Of a stretch of DNA of 64,000 bases, positions 40,401 to 57,768 are shown one piece after another; within the stretch, counting starts at the first letter, position 1, and each line of letters starts with the position of its first letter. The notes beneath the pieces are model-generated. The model did not search any database, was not told the origin of the DNA, and saw only the letters and a program-made list of their open reading frames with translations. The translations under genes were made by a program, and so were the position numbers. Location of the stretch: positions 402,008,001 through 402,072,000 of the forward strand of contig OZ024741.1 in NCBI GenBank assembly GCA_964016885.1, written 5' to 3'. Source of the DNA: Eledone cirrhosa. Taxonomy: Eukaryota.

Positions 40401-41599
40401 TATTATATATATATAACTATATTATAATCACATATATTATATATAACTATATTATAATCACATATATTATATATAACTATATTATAATCACATATATTAT
40501 ATATAACTATATTATAATCACATATATTATATATAATTATATTATAATCACATATTATATATAACTACATTATAATCACATATATTATATATAACTACAT
40601 TATAATCACATATATTATATATATATAACTATATTATAATCACATATATTATATATAACTACATTATAATCACATATATTATATATAACTATATCATAAT
40701 CACATATATTATATATAACTATATTATAATCACATATATTATATATATATAACTATATTATAATCACATATATTATATATAACTATATTACAATCACATA
40801 TATTATATATAACTATATTATAATCACATATATTATATATAACTATATTATAATCACATATATTATATATAACTATATTATAATCACATATTATATATAA
40901 CTACATTATAATCACATATATTATATATAACTATATTATAATCACATATATTTTATATATATAACTATATTATAATCACATATATTATATATAACTACAT
41001 TATAATCACATATATTATATATAACTACATTATAATCACATATATTATATATATATAACTATATTATAATCACATATATTATATATAACTATATTACAAT
41101 CACATATATTATATATAACTACATTATAATCACATATATTATATATATATAACTACCTTATAATCACATATATTATGTATAACTACACTATAATCACATA
41201 TATTATATATAACTACATTATAATCACATATATTATATATAACTACATTATAATCACATATATTATATATATATAACTACATTATAAACACATATATTAT
41301 ATATAACTACATTATAATCACATATATTATAAATGTATAACTACATTATAATCACATATATTATATATAACTATATTATAATCAAATATATTATATATAT
41401 ATAACTATATTATAATCACATATATTATATATAACTATATTATAATCACATATATTATATATAACTATATTATAATCACATATATTATATATAACTATAT
41501 TATAATCACATATATTATATATAACTATATTATAATCACATATATTATATATAACTATATTATAATCACATATTATATATAACTACATTATAATCACAT

Positions 41600-44500
41600 A
41601 TATTATATATAACTATATTATAATCACATATATTATATATAACTACATTATAATCACATATATTATATATATATAACTACCTTATAATCACATATATTAT
41701 ATATAACTACATTATAATCACATATATTATATATAACTATATTATAATCACATATATTTTATATAACTACATTATAATCACATATATTATATATATATAA
41801 CTATATTATAATCACATATATTATATATAACTACATTATCATCACATATATTATATATAACTATATCATAATCACATATATTATATATAACTATATTATA
41901 ATCACATATATTATATATATATAACTATATTATAATCACATATATTATATATAACTATATTATAATCACATATATTATATATAACTATATTATAATCACA
42001 TATATTATATATAACTATATTATAATCACATATATTATATATAACTATATTATAATCACATATTATATATAACTACATTATAATCACATATATTATATAT
42101 AACTATATTATAATCACATATATTTTATATAACTACATTATAATCACATATATTATGTATAACTCCATTATAATCACATATATTATATATATATAACTAT
42201 ATTATAATCACATATATTTTATATATATAACTATATTATAATCACATATATTATATATAACTACATTATAATCACATATATTATATATAACTACATTATA
42301 ATCCCATATATTATATATATATAACTATATTATAATCACATATATTATATATAACTATATTATAATCACATATATTATATATAACTACATTATAATCACA
42401 TATATTATATATATATAACTACCTTATAATCACATATATTATATATAACTACATTATAATCACATATATTATATATAACTACATTATAATCACATATATT
42501 ATATATAACTACATTATAATCACATATATTATATATATATAACTACATTATAAACACATATATTATATATAACTACATTATAATCACATATATTATAAAT
42601 GTATAACTACATTATAATCACACATATTATATATAACTATATTATAATCACATATATTATATATATTTAAGTACATTATAATCACATATATTATATATAA
42701 CTATATTATAATCAAATATATTATATATATATAACTATATTATAATCACCTATATTATATATAACTATATTATAATCACATATATTATATATAACTATAT
42801 TATAATCACATATATTATATATAACTATATTATAATCACATATATTATATATAACTATATTATAATCACATATTATATATAACTACATTATAATCACATA
42901 TATTATATATAACTATATTATAATCACATATATTATATATAACTACATTATAATCACATATATTATATATATATAACTACCTTATAATCACATATATTAT
43001 ATATAACTACATTATAATAACATATATTATATATAACTATATTATAATCACATATATTTTATATAACTACATTATAATCACATATATTATATATATATAA
43101 CTATATTATAATCACATATATTATATATAACTACATTATAATCACATATATTATATATAACTATATCATAATCACATATATTATATATAACTATATTATA
43201 ATCACATATATTATATATATATAACTATATTATAATCACATATATTATATATAACTATATTATAATCACATATATTATATATAACTATATTATAATCACA
43301 TATATTATATCTAACTATATTATAATCACATATATTATATATAACTATATTATAATCACATATTATATATAACTACATTATAATCACATATATTATATAT
43401 AACTATATTATAATCACATATATTTTATATAACTACATTATAATCACATATATTATATATAACTCCATTATAATCACATATATTATATATATAACTATAT
43501 TATAATCACTTATATTTTATATATATAACTATATTATAATCACATATATTATATATAACTACATTATAATCACATATATTATATATAACTACATTATAAT
43601 CACATATATTATATATATATAACTATATTATAATCACATATATTATATATAACTATATTATAATCACATATATTATATATAACTACATTATAATCACATA
43701 TATTATATATATATAACTACCTTATAATCACATATATTATATATAACTACATTATAATCACATATATTATATATAACTACATTATAATCACATATATTAT
43801 ATATAACTACATTATAATCACATATATTATATATATATAACTACATTATAAACACATATATTATATATAACTACATTATAATCACATATATTATAAATGT
43901 ATAACTACATTATAATCACATATATTATATATAACTATATTATAATCACATATATTATATATATTTAACTACATTATAATCACATATATTATATATAACT
44001 ATATTATAATCAAATATATTATATATATATAACTATATTATAATCACATATATTATATATAACTATATTATAATCACATATATTATATATAACTATATTA
44101 TAATCACATATATTATATATAACTATATTATAATCACATATATTATATATAACTATATTATAATCACATATTATATATAACTACATTATAATCACATATA
44201 TTATATATAACTATATTATAATCACATATATTATATATAACTACATTATAATCACATATATTATATATATATAACTACCTTATAATAACATATATTATAT
44301 ATAACTACATTATAATCACATATATTATATATAACTATATTATAATCACATATATTTTATATAACTACATTATAATCACATATATTATATATAACTACAT
44401 TATAATCACATATATTATATATATATAACTATATTATAATCACATATATTTTATATATATAACTATATTATAATCACATATATTATAATTAACTACATTA

Positions 44501-47500
44501 TAATCACATATATTATATATAACTATATTATAATCACATATATTATATATAACTACATTATAATCACATATATTATATATAACTACATTATAATCACATA
44601 TATTATATATATATAACTATATTATAATCACATATATTATATATAACTACATTATAATCACATATATTATATATAACTATATTATAATCACATATATTAT
44701 ATATAACTATATTATAATCACATATATTATATATATATAACTATATTATAATCACATATATTATATATAACTATATTATAATCACATATATTATATATAA
44801 CTATATTATAATCACATATATTATATATAACTATATTATAATCACATATATTATATATAACTATATTATAATCACATATTATATATAACTACATTATAAT
44901 CACATATATTATATATAACTATATTATAATCAGATATATTTTATATAACTACATTATAATCACATATATTATATATAACTCCATTATAATCGCATATATT
45001 ATATATATATAACTATATTATAATCACATATATTATATATAACTACATTATAATCACATGTATTATATATAACTATATTATAATCACATATATTATATAT
45101 ATATAACTACATTATAATCACATATATTATATATAACTACATTATAATCACATGTATTATATATAACTATATTATAATCACATATATTATATATAACTAC
45201 ATTATAATCACATATATTATATATAAGTATATTATAATCACATATATTATATATAACTATATTATAATCACATATATTATATATATACAACTATATTATA
45301 ATCACATATATTATATATAACTATATTATAATCACATATATTATATATATCTATATTATAATCACATATATTATATATAACTATTTTATAATCACATATA
45401 TTATATATAACTATATTATAATCACATATTATATATAACAACATTATACTCACATATATTATATATAACTATATTATAATCACATATATTATATATAACT
45501 ACATTATAATCACATATATTATATATATATAACTACCTCATAATCACATATATTATATATAACTACATTATAATCACATATATTATATATAACTATATTA
45601 TAATCAAATATATTTTATATAACTACATTATAATCACATATATTATATATAACTACATTATAATCACATATATTATATATATATAACTATATTATAATCA
45701 CATATATTTTATATATATAACTATATTATAATCACATATATTATATATAACTACAATATAATCACATATATTATATATAACTATATTATAATCACATATA
45801 TTATATATAACTACATTATAATCACATATATTATATATAACTACATTATAATCACATATATTATATATATATAACTATATTATAATCACATATATTATAT
45901 ATAACTACAATATAATCACATATATTATATATAACTATATTATAATCACATATATTATATATAACTACATTATAATCACATATATTATATATAACTACAT
46001 TATAATCACATATATTATATATATATAACAACATTATACTCACATATATTATATATAACTATATTATAATCACATATATTATATATAACTACATTATAAT
46101 CACATATATTATATATATATAACTATATTATAATCACATATATTATATATAACTATATTATAATCACATATATTATATATAACTATATTATAATCACATA
46201 TATTATATATAACTATATTATAATCACATATATTATATATATATAACTATATTATAATCACATATATTTTATATATATAACTATATTATAATCACATATT
46301 ATATATAACTACATTATAATCACATATATTATATATAACTATATTATAATCACATATATTTTATATAACTACATTATAATCACATATATTATATATAACT
46401 CCATTATAATCACATATATTATATATATATAACTATATTATAATCACATATATTTTATATATATAACTATATTATAATCACATATATTATATATAACTAC
46501 ATTATAATCACATATATTATAAATAACTATATTATAATCACATATATTATATATAGCTACATTATAATCACATATATTATATATAACTACATTAATCACA
46601 TATATTATATATATATAACTATATATAATCACATATATTATATATAAACTATATTATAATCACATATATTATATATATATAACTATATTATAATCACATA
46701 TATTATATATAACTATATTATAATCACATATATTATATATAACTATATTATAATCACATATATTATATATAACTATATTATAATCACATATATTATATAT
46801 AACTATATTATAATCACATATTATATATAACTACATTATAATCACATATATTATATATAACTATATTATAATCACATATATTATATATAACTACATTATA
46901 ATCACATATATTATATATATATAACTACCTTATAATCACATATATTATATATAACTACATTATAATCACATATATTATATATAACTACATTATAATCACA
47001 TATATTATATATAACTACATTATAATCACATATATTTTATATATATATAACTACATTATAAACACATATATTATATATAACTACATTATAATCACATATA
47101 TTATAAATGTATAACTACATTATAATCACATATATTATATATAACTATATTATAATCACATATATTATATATATATAACTACATTATAATCACATATATT
47201 ATACATAACTATATTATAATCAAATATATTATATATATATAACTATATTATAATCACATATATTATATATAACTATATTATAATCACATATATTATATAT
47301 AACTTTATTATAATCACATATATTATATATAACTATATTATAATCACATATATTATATATAACTATATTATAATCATATATTATATATAACTACATTATA
47401 ATCACATATATTATATATAACTATATTATAATCACATATATTATATATAACTACATTATAATCACATATATTATATATATATAACTACCTTATAATCACA

Positions 47501-50500
47501 TATATTATATATAACTACATTATAATCACATATATTATATATAACTATATTATAATCACATATATTTTATATAACTACATTATAATCACATATATTATAT
47601 ATATATAACTATATTATAATCACATATATTATATATAACTACATTATCATCACATATATTATATATAACTATATCATAATCACATATATTATATATAACT
47701 ATATTATAATCACATATATTATATATATATAACTATATTATAATCACATATATTATATATAACTATATTATAATCACATATATTATATATAACTATATTA
47801 TAATCACATATATTATATATAACTATATTATAATCACATATATTATATATAACTATATTATAATCACATATTATATATAACTACATTATAATCACATATA
47901 TTATATATAACTATATTATAATCACATATATTTTATATAACTACATTATAATCACATATATTATGTATAACTCCATTATAATCACATATATTATATATAT
48001 ATAACTATATTATAATCACATATATTTTATATATATAACTATATTATAATCACATATATTATATATAACTACATTATAATCACATATATTATATATAACT
48101 ACATTATAATCCCATATATTATATATATATAACTATATTATAATCACATATATTATATATAACTATATTATAATCACATATATTATATATAACTACATTA
48201 TAATCACATATATTATATATATATAACTACCTTATAATCACATATATTATATATAACTACATTATAATCACATATATTATATATAACTACATTATAATCA
48301 CATATATTATATATAACTACATTATAATCACATATATTATATATATATAACTACATTATAAACACATATATTATATATAACTACATTATAATCACATATA
48401 TTATAAATGTATAACTACATTATAATCACACATATTATATATAACTATATTATAATCACATATATTATATATATTTAAGTACATTATAATCACATATATT
48501 ATATATAACTATATTATAATCAAATATATTATATATATATAACTATATTATAATCACATATATTATATATAACTATATTATAATCACATATATTATATAT
48601 AACTATATTATAATCACATATATTATATATAACTATATTATAATCACATATATTATATATAACTATATTATAATCACATATTATATATAACTACATTATA
48701 ATCACATATATTATATATAACTATATTATAATCACATATATTATATATAACTACATTATAATCACATATATTATATATATATAACTACCTTATAATCACA
48801 TATATTATATATAACTACATTATAATAACATATATTATATATAACTATATTATAATCACATATATTTTATATAACTACATTATAATCACATATATTATAT
48901 ATATATAACTATATTATAATCACATATATTATATATAACTACATTATAATCACATATATTATATATAACTATATCATAATCACATATATTATATATAACT
49001 ATATTATAATCACATATATTATATATATATAACTATATTATAATCACATATATTATATATAACTATATTATAATCACATATATTATATATAACTATATTA
49101 TAATCACATATATTATATCTAACTATATTATAATCACATATATTATATATAACTATATTATAATCACATATTATATATAACTACATTATAATCACATATA
49201 TTATATATAACTATATTATAATCACATATATTTTATATAACTACATTATAATCACATATATTATATATAACTCCATTATAATCACATATATTATATATAT
49301 AACTATATTATAATCACTTATATTTTATATATATAACTATATTATAATCACATATATTATATATAACTACATTATAATCACATATATTATATATAACTAC
49401 ATTATAATCACATATATTATATATATATAACTATATTATAATCACATATATTATATATAACTATATTATAATCACATATATTATATATAACTACATTATA
49501 ATCACATATATTATATATATATAACTACCTTATAATCACATATATTATATATAACTACATTATAATCACATATATTATATATAACTACATTATAATCACA
49601 TATATTATATATAACTACATTATAATCACATATATTATATATATATAACTACATTATAAACACATATATTATATATAACTACATTATAATCACATATATT
49701 ATAAATGTATAACTACATTATAATCACATATATTATATATAACTATATTATAATCACATATATTATATATATTTAACTACATTATAATCACATATATTAT
49801 ATATAACTATATTATAATCAAATATATTATATATATATAACTATATTATAATCACATATATTATATATAACTATATTATAATCACATATATTATATATAA
49901 CTATATTATAATCACATATATTATATATAACTATATTATAATCACATATATTATATATAACTATATTATAATCACATATTATATATAACTACATTATAAT
50001 CACATATATTATATATAACTATATTATAATCACATATATTATATATAACTACATTATAATCACATATATTATATATATATAACTACCTTATAATAACATA
50101 TATTATATATAACTACATTATAATCACATATATTATATATAACTATATTATAATCACATATATTTTATATAACTACATTATAATCACATATATTATATAT
50201 AACTACATTATAATCACATATATTATATATATATAACTATATTATAATCACATATATTTTATATATATAACTATATTATAATCACATATATTATAATTAA
50301 CTACATTATAATCACATATATTATATATAACTATATTATAATCACATATATTATATATAACTACATTATAATCACATATATTATATATAACTACATTATA
50401 ATCACATATATTATATATATATAACTATATTATAATCACATATATTATATATAACTACATTATAATCACATATATTATATATAACTATATTATAATCACA

Positions 50501-53400
50501 TATATTATATATAACTATATTATAATCACATATATTATATATATATAACTATATTATAATCACATATATTATATATAACTATATTATAATCACATATATT
50601 ATATATAACTATATTATAATCACATATATTATATATAACTATATTATAATCACATATATTATATATAATTATATTATAATCACATATTATATATAACTAC
50701 ATTATAATCACATATATTATATATAACTATATTATAATCAGATATATTTTATATAACTACATTATAATCACATATATTATATATAACTCCATTATAATCA
50801 CATATATTATATATATATAACTATATTATAATCACATATATTATATATAACTACATTATAATCACATGTATTATATATAACTATATTATAATCACATATA
50901 TTATATATATATAACTACATTATAATCACATATATTATATATAACTACATTATAATCACATGTATTATATATAACTATATTATAATCACATATATTATAT
51001 ATAACTACATTATAATCACATATATTATATATAAGTATATTATAATCACATATATTATATATAACTATATTATAATCACATATATTATATATATACAACT
51101 ATATTATAATCACATATATTATATATAACTATATTATAATCACATATATTATATATATCTATATTATAATCACATATATTATATATAACTATTTTATAAT
51201 CACATATATTATATATAACTATATTATAATCACATATTATATATAACAACATTATACTCACATATATTATATATAACTATATTATAATCACATATATTAT
51301 ATATAACTACATTATAATCACATATATTATATATATATAACTACCTCATAATCACATATATTATATATAACTACATTATAATCACATATATTATATATAA
51401 CTATATTATAATCACATATATTTTATATAACTACATTATAATCACATATATTATATATAACTACATTATAATCACATATATTATATATATATAACTATAT
51501 TATAATCACATATATTTTATATATATAACTATATTATAATCACATATATTATATATAACTACAATATAATCACATATATTATATATAACTATATTATAAT
51601 CACATATATTATATATAACTACATTATAATCACATATATTATATATAACTACATTATAATCACATATATTATATATATATAACTATATTATAATCACATA
51701 TATTATATATAACTACAATATAATCACATATATTATATATAACTATATTATAATCACATATATTATATATAACTACATTATAATCACATATATTATATAT
51801 AACTACATTATAATCACATATATTATATATATATAACAACATTATACTCACATATATTATATATAACTATATTATAATCACATATATTATATATAACTAC
51901 ATTATAATCACATATATTATATATATATAACTATATTATAATCACATATATTATATATAACTATATTATAATCACATATATTATATATAACTATATTATA
52001 ATCACATATATTATATATAACTATATTATAATCACATATATTATATATATATAACTATATTATAATCACATATATTTTATATATATAACTATATTATAAT
52101 CACATATTATATATAACTACATTATAATCACATATATTATATATAACTATATTATAATCACATATATTTTATATAACTACATTATAATCACATATATTAT
52201 ATATAACTCCATTATAATCACATATATTATATATATATAACTATATTATAATCACATATATTTTATATATATAACTATATTATAATCACATATATTATAT
52301 ATAACTACATTATAATCACATATATTATAAATAACTATATTATAATCACATATATTATATATAGCTACATTATAATCACATATATTATATATAACTACAT
52401 TATAATCACATATATTATATATATATAACTATATTATAATCACATATATTATATATAACTATATTATAATCACATATATTATATATATATAACTATATTA
52501 TAATCACATATATTATATATAACTATATTATAATCACATATATTATATATAACTATATTATAATCACATATATTATATATAACTATATTATAATCACATA
52601 TATTATATATAACTATATTATAATCACATATTATATATAACTACATTATAATCACATATATTATATATAACTATATTATAATCACATATATTATATATAA
52701 CTACATTATAATCACATATATTATATATATATAACTACCTTATAATCACATATATTATATATAACTACATTATAATCACATATATTATATATAACTACAT
52801 TATAATCACATATATTATATATAACTACATTATAATCACATATATTATATATATATAACTACATTATAAACACATATATTATATATAACTACATTATAAT
52901 CACATATATTATAAATGTATAACTACATTATAATCACATATATTATATATAACTATATTATAATCACATATATTATATATATATAACTACATTATAATCA
53001 CATATATTATACATAACTATATTATAATCAAATATATTATATATATATAACTATATTATAATCACATATATTATATATAACTATATTATAATCACATATA
53101 TTATATATAACTTTATTATAATCACATATATTATATATAACTATATTATAATCACATATATTATATATAACTATATTATAATCATATATTATATATAACT
53201 ACATTATAATTACATATATTATATATAACTATATTATAATCACATATATTATATATAACTACATTATAATCACATATATTATATATATATAACTACCTTA
53301 TAATCACATATATTATATATAACTACATTATAATCACATATATTATATATAACTATATTATAATCACATATATTTTATATAACTACATTATAATCACATA
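41600..53400. repeat. Tandem duplication of the satellite with period 5808 bp (boundaries approximate)
   Basis: Rare variants recur at +5808: 41840/47648 (TTATCATC), 42671/48479 (TTTAAGTAC), 43311/49119 (TATCTAAC), 47303/53111 (AACTTTATT). ORF pairs 45093/50901 and 45861/51669 have the same offset. Confidence 0.85.
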
Positions 53401-55211
53401 TATTATATATAACTACATTATAATCACATATATTATATATATATAACTATATTATAATCACATATATTTTTTATATATAACTATATTATAATCACATATA
53501 TTATATATAACTACATTATAATCACATATATTATATATAACTATATTATAATCACATATATTATATATAACTACATTATAATCACATATATTATATATAA
53601 GTACATTATAATCACATATATTATATATATATAACTATATTATAATCACATATATTATATATAACTACATTATAATCACATATATTATATATAACTATAT
53701 TATAATCACATATATTATATATAACTATATTATAATCACATATATTATATATAACTATATTATAATCACATATTATATATAACTATATTATAATCACATA
53801 TATTATATATAACTATATTATAATCACATATTATATATAACTACATTATAATCACATATATTATATATAACTATATTATAATCACATATATTATATATAA
53901 CTACATTATAATCACATATATTATATATATATAACTACCTTATAATCACATATATTATATATAACTACATTATAATCACATATATTATATATAACTACAT
54001 TATAATCACATATATTATATATAACTACATTATAATCACATATATTATATATATATAACTACATTATAAACACATATATAATATATAACTACATTATAAT
54101 CACATATATTATAAATGTATAACTACATTATAATCACATATATTATATATAACTATATTATAATCACATATATTATATATATATAACTACATTATAATCA
54201 CATATATTATATATAACTATATTATAATCAAATATATTATATATAACTCTATTATAATCACATATATTATATATATATAACTACATTATAGTCACATATA
54301 TTATATATAACTATATTATAATCACATATATTATATATAAGCACATTATAATCACATATATTATATATAACTATATTATAATCACATATATTATATATAA
54401 CTATATTATAATCACATATATTATATATAACTATATTATAATCACTTATATTATATATATATAACTACATTATAATCACATATATTATATATATATAACT
54501 ACATTATAATCACATATATTATATATAACTATATTATAATCACATATATTATATATATCTACGTTATAATCACATATATTATATATAACTACATTATAAT
54601 CACATATATTATATATATATATAACTATATTATAATCACATATATTATATATAACTATATTATAATCACATATATTATATATAACTATATTATAATCACA
54701 TACATTATATATAACTACATTATAATCACATATATTATATATAACTACAATATAATCACATATATTAAATATAACTATATTATAATCACATATATTATAT
54801 ATATATATAAATACATTATAATCACATATATTACATATAACTACATTATAATCACATATATCGTATATAAATATATTATAATCACATATATTATATATAA
54901 CTACATTATAATCACATATATTATATATATAACTATATTATAATCACATATATTATATATAACTACATTATAATCACATATATTATATATAACTACATTA
55001 TAATCACATATATTATATATAACTATATTATAATCACATATATTATATATAAATAACTGCATTGTAATCACATATATTATATATAACTACATTATAATCA
55101 CATATATTATATATAACTACATTATAAACACATATATTATATATAACTATATTATAATCACATATATTATATATATATAACTACATTATAATCATATATA
55201 TATATATATAA

Positions 55212-55401
55212 TGGCGGTGGATTGGCAGTATCGGTAGAGGTTCGGATGCCATGCTTTGACGCATAGAGTTACGGCCCTTGCCATTCTGAGTTCAAATCCC
55301 GCCGAGGTTAACTTTGCCTTTCATCCTTACGGGGTCGATAAAATAAAGTACCAGTAATGTACTGGGTAATTTTCTGGCCTTGTGCCAATAGTAGAAACAA
55401 T
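55212..55401 (+). mobile_element. tRNA-derived SINE (octopus-type), probably with an internal deletion
   Basis: Pol III A-box-like TGGCAGTATCGG (55223-55234) and B-box GTTCAAATCC (55290-55299). Central GCCTTTCATCCTTACGGGGTCGATAAAATAAAGTACCAG resembles a SINE core domain. AT-rich end, with candidate TSD TATATATATATAA at 55199-55211 and 55402-55414. Confidence 0.85.
55223..55299 (+). promoter_or_regulatory. Internal RNA polymerase III type-2 promoter (A box and B box) of the SINE
   Basis: TGGCAGTATCGG approximates the A-box consensus; GAGTTCAAATCCC matches GTTCRANNC. Confidence 0.65.
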
Positions 55402-56550
55402 TATATATATATAACTACATTATAATCACATATATTATATATAACTATATTATAATCAAATATATTATATATAACTATATTATAATCACATATATTATAT
55501 ATATATAACTACATTATAATCACATATATTATATATATATAACTATATTATAATCACATATATTATATATAACTACATTATAATCACATATATTATATAT
55601 AACTATATTATAATCACATATATTATATATAACTATATTATAATCACATATATTATATATAACTATATTATAATCACATATATTATATATAACTATATTA
55701 TAATCACATATATTATATATAACTATATTATAATCACATATTATATATAACTACATTATAATCACATATATTATATATAACTACATTATAATCACATATA
55801 TTATATATAACTATATTATAATCACATATATTATATATAACTACATTATAATCACATATATTATATATAACTACATTATAATCACATATTTTATATATAT
55901 ATAACTACATTATAAACACATATATTATATATAACTACATTATAATCCCATATATTATAAATGTATAACTACGTTATAATCACATATATTATATATAACT
56001 ATATTATAATCACATATATTATATATATATAACTACATTATAATCACATATATTATATATAACTATATCATAATCACATATATTATATATAAGTACATTA
56101 TAATCACATATATTATATATAACTATATTATAATCACATTTATTATATATATATAACTATATTATAATCACATATATTATATATAACTATATTATAATCA
56201 AATATATTATATATAACTATATTATAATCACATATATTATATATATATAACTACATTATAATCACATATATCATATATAACTATATTATAATCACATATA
56301 TTATATATAAGTACATTACAATCACATATATTATATATAACTATATTATAATCACATATATTATATATAACTATATTATAATCACATATATTATATATAT
56401 ATAACTACATTATAATCACATATATTATATATATATAACTACATTATAATCACATATATTATATATAACTATATTATAATCACATATATTATATATATAT
56501 AACTATATTATAATCACATATATTATATATAACTATATTATAATCACATA

Positions 56551-57441
56551 TCTATCTATATATATAAAACTGTGGTTGTCTGTCTGTCTATCGATTTTTG
56601 GCACACATCTCCTCTTAGAATCTCTCACGGAATTGCGCCGAAATTGCTATACTTGTACATTGAGACCTAGCGAAGACATCGGAAAAAAAAAATTTCAAAT
56701 TGACCCACCCTATGTGACGAAATCGAATATAATGTATCGATTTTTGAGCGTAAGTGATCAGTTATTTCCCTTTGTTCTGTTTACATTGAGCGTCTTACGT
56801 AAAAAATTACGCTGGCTTTCTCAGCGTTTAAAATGACATTAACACAATACACGAACAGTTCGAACACTAAGCTTCCGTTTTGCTTCATTTCCATTTAAAA
56901 GCATTTTAAAACAATATTTTTACTTGAAAACAAGTCTATTTAAAGACTACGTAAAACAAGCAAATATTTCGTCGTTAGGCGTGCAGACAGACAGTCGTGC
57001 AGACAGACAGTCGTGCAGACAGACAGTCGTGCAGAGAAGTGATATAGGCGTGCAGACAGACAGTCGTGCAGAGAGGTGATATAGGCGTGCAGACAGACAG
57101 TCGTGCAGAGAGGTGATATAGGCGTGCAGACAGACATAACTGATAATTTGGTTACGCTAATGTTTTTCTCTGCGTTGCAGTGTTTACATTTTCGATCTTT
57201 GTTAATAAATAACCAGTGCAGTTTTTATCCCCAGCATCCTCTTTTGTTATAACATTCGGGTTATCGTCATGTTTTCTTAACTTCATAAGGCATATTGTTG
57301 GTTGAGGGAATATTAATCAAAAACACCACATGCAAGTCTGCACAGTAGACACTACAGTTTTTAAGCCAAAAAAGAAACTTAACATTGTAACTTTAACACA
57401 GCTACTGAGCGACCCCGAGCAACGCCGGGCTTTACTGCTAG
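56551..57441 (+). mobile_element. Non-autonomous Helitron (rolling-circle transposon), 891 bp
   Basis: 5' end TCTATCTATATATATAAAAC; 3' GC-rich hairpin CCCGAGCAACGCCGGG (57414-57429) 8 nt before terminal CTAG (57438-57441). Inserted between A56550 and T57442 with no TSD, and removal restores a perfect monomer TAATCACATA|TATTATATATAACTAC. Short (TGTC)n near the 5' end; no RepHel ORF. Confidence 0.9.
56976..57136. repeat. GC-rich compound minisatellite inside the Helitron (16-bp CGTGCAGACAGACAGT and 21-bp CGTGCAGAGAGGTGATATAGG units)
   Basis: Order read directly: 16,16,16,21,16,21,16,21,partial 16, giving a 37-bp higher-order period. Confidence 0.92.
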
Positions 57442-57768
57442 TATTATATATAACTACATTATAATCACATATATTATATATAACTTCATTATAATCACAT
57501 ATATTATATATATATATAACTATATTATAATCACATATATTATATATAACTATATTATAATCACATATATTATATATAACTATATTATAATCCCATATAT
57601 TATATATAACTACATTATAATCACATATATTATATATAACTACATTATAATCACATATATTATATATATATAACTATATTATAATCACATATATTATATA
57701 TAACTACATTATAATCACATATATTATATATAACTATATTATAATCACATATATTATATATATATATA

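Larger units (their letters stand above)
9798..55211. repeat. Uninterrupted ~45.4-kb satellite core
   Basis: Only monomer and point/TA-indel variants seen between RTE-like copy 2 and the SINE. Confidence 0.93.

Noticed and set aside
8465-51851. Repetitive ORFs (VIYNICDYN... on the - strand, NYIIITYIIY on the + strand) as repeat proteins
   Set aside because: They follow from a 30-bp monomer with stop-free frames. Frequent 28/32/34-bp monomers break the frame, showing no coding constraint.
55212-55305. Functional tRNA gene
   Set aside because: A/B boxes are present, but there is no convincing cloverleaf and the sequence continues into a SINE body.
56576-57137. ORFs within the Helitron as RepHel or a captured gene
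   Set aside because: Short, with no HUH/Rep or Pif1 helicase motifs; one is merely the minisatellite translated.
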